This document shows, one piece after another, positions 56,598-64,000 of a DNA stretch of 64,000 nt (position 1 is its first letter; each line of letters opens with the position of its first letter). The stretch is from the human T2T-CHM13v2.0 reference genome, Homo sapiens. Made by a program: the position numbers and the translations under genes. The stretch lies in NCBI RefSeq assembly GCF_009914755.1, contig NC_060926.1; one strand, written 5' to 3'. The notes below the pieces were generated by a model. That model was not told the DNA's origin, ran no database searches, and worked only from the letters and a program-made list of their open reading frames with translations.

Positions 56598-57003
56598 AGT
56601 GAAAAAGAGTAACTCCATTTTGATGTTTTCCTCTTGGCAGCTCTCAAGCCTCACCACTCTTCCCCCACATCTGGGCAAACTGATAAGAAAGCCTGTGTAC
56701 TCCCTCCTTTGGCACTGGCAAGAGTTAAAACAGCAAAAGCCTTGGCATGTGTGTGAGAACCTCCCCCTAGCTCCACCCCCTAGCCATAATAAAGGACAAG
56801 CCAATCTTCTTTCCTACTCTCTCGGGCCATTCTTGTACTTACTTGAAAGGCTGCCCTGCTCTCTGCAAAAAGCCTGATTATGTGAGCAACAAAGCTAAGC
56901 TTTTCATACCCTCTTGATGCATGTGTGGTGTTATCAGTGTTGACACCCAATCCAAATTTTGGGTAAGGGGGCCCCATTCCACTTCCATGGGATAACCATG
57001 ACA
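56598..57003 (+). mobile_element. MER70-like ERVL solo LTR
   Basis: ccccacatctgggcaaactgataagaaagcc...ccaaattttgggt...catgaca; TSD cagac / cagaa within the L1. Confidence 0.65.
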
Positions 57004-57168
57004 CAGAATATATAAAGAACTCTTACAATTCAATAATCAAAAGACAAAGAACCCAATTTAAAAGTTGGCAAAGTCTCTAAATAGTCATGGTCTCCAAAGA
57101 ATGTATACAAATAACAATAAGGGTATGAAGAGATGCTCAACAACTTCATATGCCCCTGAGGTTTGGAA

Positions 57169-57370
57169 TTTTTTTTTTTTGTTTGGTTGGCTTTGGGTTT
57201 TGTTCTTTTTTAGAGTTGTGGTTTTGCTATGATGTCCCAGCTGGAATGTAGTAGCTACTGACAGGTGTGACCACCATGTGCTGTAACATCAAACTCTTGG
57301 CTTCAAGAAATCCTCCTGCCCCAGTCTCTTGAATAGCTGCAATTATAGGGGTGCACTACTGTGCCTGGCC
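57169..57370 (-). mobile_element. FAM (fossil Alu monomer)
   Basis: Single 7SL-derived monomer; minus strand has cacacctgtcagtagctactacattccagc, matching the FAM segment cgcctgtgaatagccactgcactccagc. Confidence 0.7.
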
Positions 57371-58140
57371 GAACATGTTTAGTCATTAGGGAAATCCAAA
57401 ACAAAACAAAAATAAGATACCACTTCACACTCTCTAGGATGACTATAATCAAATAGACAAACAATAGTCTTCCAAGAATGAGGAGAAATTGGAACTCTCT
57501 TATATTGCTATGACAATGTAAAATTGTAAAGTTGCTTTGGAAACAGTTTGGCAGTTCCTCAAATTACTTACATGTAGAGTTTTAAATAATTCCAGCAATT
57601 TCACTGCTAGGTATATATCAAAGAAAAACAAAAATGGACACCCGCATAAAAATTTATATTAAAATATTCATAGCAGTATATTTACAATAGCCAGAAAGTT
57701 GAAACAACTCAAATGTCCATCAACTGACAAGTGGATCAATAAAATGTCACATATTCACACAATGGTATATTATGTGGCCATAAAGAGCAATGAAGTACTG
57801 ACAAACATGGTACAATATGGATGAACCTTGAAAACGTTATGCTAAGTAATAGAAACTAGTCAACAAAAGGCCACAAAGTATATGATTCCATTTCTATGAC
57901 ATGCCTAGAATAGTCAATTCTACAGAGACAGAAAGTAGATGAGGGGTTGCTTAGGGCTGAAGAAAATGGGTACCGTGGGGTGAATGCTTGTTAGGTATGG
58001 GGTTCCTTTTGGAGTAAGAAAAACATTCAAAAGTTGATTGTGGCATAGTTGCACAAATCTGAATATTTGTGCAACTAAAACCATTGATCACATACCTTAC
58101 CTAGGTGAGCTGTACAGTATGAAAATAATATCTCAAAGTT

Positions 58141-58460
<320 letters not shown>

Positions 58461-58752
58461 TAAATGCAGTGGAGAAAGGTTAGTCTTATTAGTAAACGGT
58501 GCTGGAAAAAATGGATATCCATAAACCAAAACAAATGAAGTTCAATCCACACATCCTTTCACTGTATACAAAAATTAACTTCAAATAGGTCCCAGTGATA
58601 AAGGCTTCGGGTGGTGGGGGGGATGGGAAGTCAAACTGGGGAAGGATGCAACAGCTGCTGAGACTATAAAGACATCAGAAGGGCTCCAAATGCAATAACA
58701 ACCATGGACTCTCATCAGGAGAATATCTGAAACTTGCCCAAAGGTAAGAGTC

Positions 58753-58895
58753 AAACTTAAACTTTTAGAAATAAACTTTTAGAAAATAAACTTTTCAATT
58801 TAAATAAACTTTTAGAAAAATAAACTTTAGAAAAATTATCTAAATCTAACTTTAGAAAAATTAGTTAATTTTCTAAAATAAACTTTTAGAAAAAT
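58753..58895 (+). repeat. Degenerate AT-rich minisatellite (unit ~TAAACTTTTAGAAAAA)
   Basis: About 7-8 imperfect copies, directly upstream of a MER5-like remnant (58895-59010). Confidence 0.85.
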
Positions 58896-60002
58896 CAGTA
58901 CTTCAGGCCTCTATTGAATCAGATTCTCCATGGGGAAGATTTGGTAGTCTTGCAATTTCATATGCACCCCATGTGAGCTTTGTCATTGGAGAAGTTTAGG
59001 AAATACTGCATATATATTTCTTATAAAAAACAACTAGAACTTCTAATGATCTATCTGGATCTTCAATGATTCCAACATGCTTTATGAATCTCATTTATAT
59101 AAGATAAGACTACACCACTTAATGTTTAAGAAACTAGGCTCTAGAGCTGGGCTGCTGAAATTCACACTCCATCACTGAACAAGTAAAATCATCTGTCTTC
59201 ATCTGTATAATGGGAATAATAACAGCACCTAACATATTTGAGGGTAGAAATAAGGGTCTCCCTGAAGGAAACAGACACGCCTGGTTTAAAACATCAAGAA
59301 AGAAACAGGTCCTCTAATAGAACACAGGAGTAGGCAGACCTCAGGCAGGCAGAGAAGAGATTCTCTCTGGATTTCGGTCTCTTGGATCTGCATTAGAGGA
59401 CTCTAACACCCTGGGAACATTCTAATTGGAAGTGGAAAGAACTGGAACTGGGCCAAAGGAAGGTACCCTGGGACCAGGTGTGAAGACCTCTGCTAGGAGG
59501 CCTCAAATCAAAGGACAAGTCAACTGTACCTTTTTCTGACCAGGTACAGAGCCAGGCAGCATTCATTTCCAGTTTGTTACAATCAACCCTTTAGTAAAGC
59601 CTTGTCCAGCCTCAGTCCCACTGGGCTATAGTGTATTAAAGCAAGGATTTGTTGTTCCCTGCTTGGTATCATCACATAAGCTGGAGCAGTGCCTCCTGGA
59701 AGCCAGCAGAGTGGTAATATTAACTGGTACAGAATTCTAAGAAGTGAATCTCTGGGAAGAATTATGGCAGAAAGACCAGCGAGCCCCTTCCCACATGAAA
59801 TTTGTCTCTTCATTGCCAACAATGGCAGGTTTAAATTTTATTCATTTTTCTCATAACTACAAATTTTAGCCCTCTTGAACCAATTTCTTGAAGTGTTTTC
59901 TTGTTTCTACATAAAATGAACATTTGGTTCAACCCATTCATACAATAGTTTTAAGCTATCACCAAATTAATTACTAGATAATTTATTGATCTAAAAACTG
60001 CC

Positions 60003-60306
60003 AGCCGGACACAGTGGCTCATGCCTGTAATCACATCACTTTGGGAGGCTGAGGCGGGTGGATCACAAAGTCAGGAGTTCGAGACCAGCCTGACCAACAT
60101 GGTGAAACCCCGTCTCTACTAAAAATACAAAAATTAGCTGGGCATGGTGGCACACACCTGTAATCCCAGCTACTTAGGAGGCTGAGGCAGGAGAATCACT
60201 TGAACTCAGGAGACGGAGGTTGCAGTGAGCCAAGATTGCGCCACTGCACTCCAGCCTGGGCGACAGAGCGAGACTCTGTCTCAAAATAAATAAATAAATA
60301 AAAAAT
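60003..60306 (+). mobile_element. AluS (Sg-like)
   Basis: Full dimer; TSD AAAACTGCC. Confidence 0.95.
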
Positions 60307-60838
60307 AAAACTGCCAAAGAGCCATTATTTTCTTAAATCCCTTCGTTTTCCCTTTTCTTCCACCACCACCATCAACCTGTTGGCCTTCTTTCTGGCACCA
60401 TGCCACAAAGAACATTTTCTCCCCATCACCAATTTGACTACTTACTGACAATGGGTAAGAAACAGCAATGCCACACTGAGATGATGTTGGGCAGTCCACC
60501 ACGGTGACTCACCATGCTTGTGGAGTCATGAACTTCACATCTGAGTCTCAGCTAAATTGTAAATGGCTACATACAGGTCAAGGGATTTGTGTGTGCCATG
60601 AATTGTTAAAACCATAAATACTAAATTTTCAAATACCAAGACAACCAGATACAATGTCACTGCAACAAGCTGTATCCATTCCTGGTGGTTCTTGTATCTC
60701 CATCAACTATAGTCACCAGTACATAAAATGATGCCAGTGATGAAGTATCTGAAGAAGTATAAGGACCTGTCCATTTCAACTCTGTTTCTCACCATGCATA
60801 ACACAGAGATATGTACAGAGAAAAAAAAAATGTCAATC

Positions 60839-61215
60839 CTGAACAAACAAAATGTGGTACACATACACCATGGAATACTACGCAGCCATAAAAAGGAATG
60901 AGATCATGTCCTTTGCAGGGACATGAATGAAACTAGAATCCATCATCCTCAGAAAACTAACACAGGAACAGAAAACCAAACACTGCATGTTCTTACTCAT
61001 AAGTGGACATTGAACATTGAGAACACAGACACAGGGAGGGGAACAACACATACCAGGGCCTGTTGGGGGTTGGGAGGTGAGGGGAGGGGACTTAGAGGAC
61101 GAGTCAACAGGTGCAGCAAACCACCATGGCACACAAATACCTATGTAACAAACCTAAATGTTCTGCACATGTGTCCCAGAACTTAAAGTAAAATAATAAT
61201 AATAATAATAATAAA
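60839..61215 (+). mobile_element. 5'-truncated L1PA (L1PA10-like) 3' end
   Basis: caccatggaatactacgcagccataaaaagg...acttagaggacgagtcaacaggtgcagcaaaccacc...(aat)n tail. TSD AATGTCAATC (60829-60838 / 61217-61226). Confidence 0.92.
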
Positions 61216-62569
61216 GAATGTCAATCAACGTTTGTCAAATGGTACCCTCTGTTAAAGCAGGCAGATCATACACAAAGATTTCTAAAATTAAAATTTATTT
61301 GCCATACATATGAAATTAACCCAAACAGTATGAATATCTAAACATTTTCACATGTGGTATTGAATTTATTCTCACAGGCTAAAAGAAGTTAGACGACTTT
61401 CTAAGGTCACCAAGTTAATAAGCTGTGGAACCAGATGTAAGTCCAGATCTCTATAATTCTAAAAGCAGTGTTGCCTCTCAAAGAAATCGTCTGAAAGTAG
61501 CCTTCAAACAAGAGAGACAGAATGTGTAGGCTGGATGGCAGAGTAGGACTATGTTTCCTGTAATCTAGTTTTATAAGAGGCCTAAGTTAAAGATCACTGT
61601 AACTGTCACTTAAGCCCTCGGCTGTCTCCAGGGATGACATCTTCAGAGTCACCTAGTGTTTCCAAAACCAAGAATAATATTTGACAAATGATCATTGTGG
61701 AAAACACTTGGCTAGAACCATCAAACACACAATGGAGAAAGGCCACTGTGTCCTTGGAGCCCCTTCCCTGTGACACTGCCTTTTCCCACACCCTTCCATG
61801 GCGCTCACGCCACCCTGATCCTCTTTTCTAATGCCCACCCACAGGTATTCTGGTAATACTGAGATGTCAGTGACTGATCGCAACATAAAGGCATTAGTTA
61901 TAATGCACCTCAGCCCTGATGGGGAATTTCGGAAGCCCCAGTAATCCTGAAGTCTGCATGTGAAGATCAGGTATGGGCTAGAACCTTCCTAAGGGTCCTG
62001 AAGTGACCACCTGTTGACAGACACCTAGTCCTAAAAAGTTATAAACCCTGCTGTATCAGATAGACCTTTGGGTGTGACTACTGTTGTGCAACTGCTTTTG
62101 AATTATGGTTTATAAAATTCTTATATAAAATAAACCTCTACGAAGAAATGACAATCCAGGAATACTTTAAGAAGTAAAATTGATTTAATTTTTTAAAAGA
62201 ATTTTAAAACTGGCTTTGAATGTATGCATTCCACCTGACTCAAAATATGCTTTTGATAGATATAAGTAAAGCAGCCAACAGAAAAACAGAGAGAGAATTT
62301 TAAAGTATATCCAAGGCTTTCACAGCATTGCACAAGCTTCATTGACACACACAAAGAAGCAGCTTCAAACTACAGAACAGGAACAATGAAAATCAAAGGC
62401 AAAGGAAAATGAACAAACAGGATAAAGCTAGGTGTTATTTCTTCCTCAGGAATATTTTTAGTTTATTATTTGTTGTTAAAGTTTACTGTGTGCCATTATA
62501 ATCCTGTACATAAGTTATTTACGATATTTGAATTGCCCTGTTTCTGTAAAGTTTTTCAGGAGGAGATTA

Positions 62570-63065
62570 TTGTCATTATTATATGCATTTAGCAGAATGC
62601 TTTCTGTTGCCTACTGAATCAAGCTAAAGTCCTCAAACTCGTTCAAGTCCTGACAAAATAACTCCAACCTCTTTCTCCAGCTTTGTCTCCATAACCCCCT
62701 CTGCCTGAAATGCCATTCCCCATCTATACCGTACAAATCATTCTCATTCTTCAAGACCTAGATCTAAAGCCAACTCTCGCCAAGAATATTTCTCAGATTC
62801 CTCCAGGAGAAAAGGACAATCTCCTCACTCTTTTTAATTCCCATGCATTTTATCTATACACTCCCACAACTGATTTATTTAAAACACCACAACTGGTCTT
62901 ACATAATAGTTATTTATGCACATCTTGTTTCTACTACTGCGCATTAAGCTCCTTGAGGGAAGATACCATGTCTTCCCTGTCTTTGGAAACTTTGAATTAT
63001 CTAGGAAAGAACAGGTCACATAGAAGGAGCTCAAAAATAAAAACCAACCAACCCCAATGAATAAA
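62570..63065 (+). mobile_element. L2 3' fragment
   Basis: aagctccttgagggaagataccatgtct...atgaataaatgaa tail. Confidence 0.55.
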
Positions 63066-63489
63066 TGAAAGCTTTACCGCTATAAATATTCTTGATGCAG
63101 AGAAAGGTGGAGCAGGTATAGAGTGGGATCTTTGGAGTGGACATGGCATGGGGCCAGAGAAAATGACTTTGCTGGTAGGGGAGGTAAGAGAAATATATAG
63201 ACCTGACACTGTAACCAAAAATATTTGCTGCTGTGCAAGTTGATCAGCCAATGTTAGAACAGAGATGAGCTAATTGACTATCCTAGGTCAACAGTTTCTG
63301 TCAACAGATTCCTATTTGCAGTCCCTGTTTCTTATAAATGTTTAGTTACAAATCCTGTTAAAATGCTCATAAAGCTTCAGGACTAAAAAGGACCTTAAAG
63401 TTCATCTAGCCTAAGGGCCCATTCTATGCTTGAGAAGACTGGGTGACATTCCTGTTAAGTGGTCATCAGTTCTCTGCTGGTGTGTATCC

Positions 63490-64000
63490 TATAGTAGGCA
63501 GTCCTAAAAATAACCAGTAGATTCATACACCCTAATCCCTGGAACCTGTGAATATGGGGAGATATCACTCCCATGATTGTGTTGTTTTATACGACACAGT
63601 TCATCCTAAAAAGGGATAGTTGTCTGGATGGATCTAACCTAATCCCCTGAGCCCTTTAAAGCAGAGAACTTTCTCTAGCTGGTGGCAGAAGGAAGGGTCA
63701 GAGAGATTCAAAGCACAAGAAGAATTCAACATTCCATTTCTGGCTTCGAAGATGGAGGGGACAGACCAAGGAATTCGGCTGGGTTGGCCCCTAGTAGCTA
63801 AGAATGACCCCTGGCTCACAGCCAGCAAGGAACCAGGATGTCGGTCCTCCAACCTCACAGAACAGAACCTGCCAACAACCTGAATGAACCTAGAAGCAGA
63901 TTTTTCCCCAGAGCCTCTAGATAAGAGCTTAGGCCAGCCATCATTTTGATTTCAGCCTTGTGAGACCCTAAACAGGGTAACTTGCTGAGCCTAACTGGAC
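63490..64000 (+). mobile_element. MLT1E-like LTR, cut by the window end
   Basis: tatagtaggcag...ccctaatccctggaacctgtgaatatg...cacagccagcaaggaa...gccaacaacctgaatgaac. Confidence 0.82.

Larger units (their letters stand above)
52655..58140 (+). mobile_element. Old L1 (L1M/L1MB-type), multiply interrupted
   Basis: A-rich ORF1/ORF2 remnants (KFTQEEIDKLNGSISIKE; gagggaatacttcccaattcattc; tatagattcaatgcaat) and an L1MB-like 3' UTR. Confidence 0.8.

Noticed and set aside
58609-58627. G-rich stretch with G-quadruplex potential
   Set aside because: A single short motif; too common genome-wide to be informative.

Overview
Primate (very likely human) non-coding genomic DNA. I find no credible protein-coding gene, RNA gene, CpG island or CRISPR-like system. 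The listed ORFs are either chance ORFs or decayed transposon ORFs (Alu, L1, Tigger1, THE1/MLT). About half the window is interspersed repeats: nine dimeric Alus plus one FAM, several L1s (including a ~6 kb L1MA-type copy that keeps both ends), many L2/MIR/L3 relics, about 15 solo LTRs, one complete LTR-int-LTR THE1 element, a near-full-length Tigger1 and several MITEs. These are often nested, with readable target-site duplications (TSDs). Repeat family names come from my recall of consensus sequences, not from a search, so subfamily calls are approximate. The most unusual features are DNA-repair and template-switch scars: (1) a 73-bp, 95%-identical inverted repeat in non-repeat DNA; (2) a 214-bp copy of the interior of an MSTA LTR placed 2 kb upstream of its donor; (3) a lossless ~870-bp internal L1 inversion with inverted duplications at both junctions; (4) a microhomology-primed copy of that L1's own 3' UTR inside the inversion; (5) several short hairpin-forming switches. 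A few repeat-free islands look like candidate enhancers or non-coding exons, but sequence alone cannot confirm this. I could not identify the locus.
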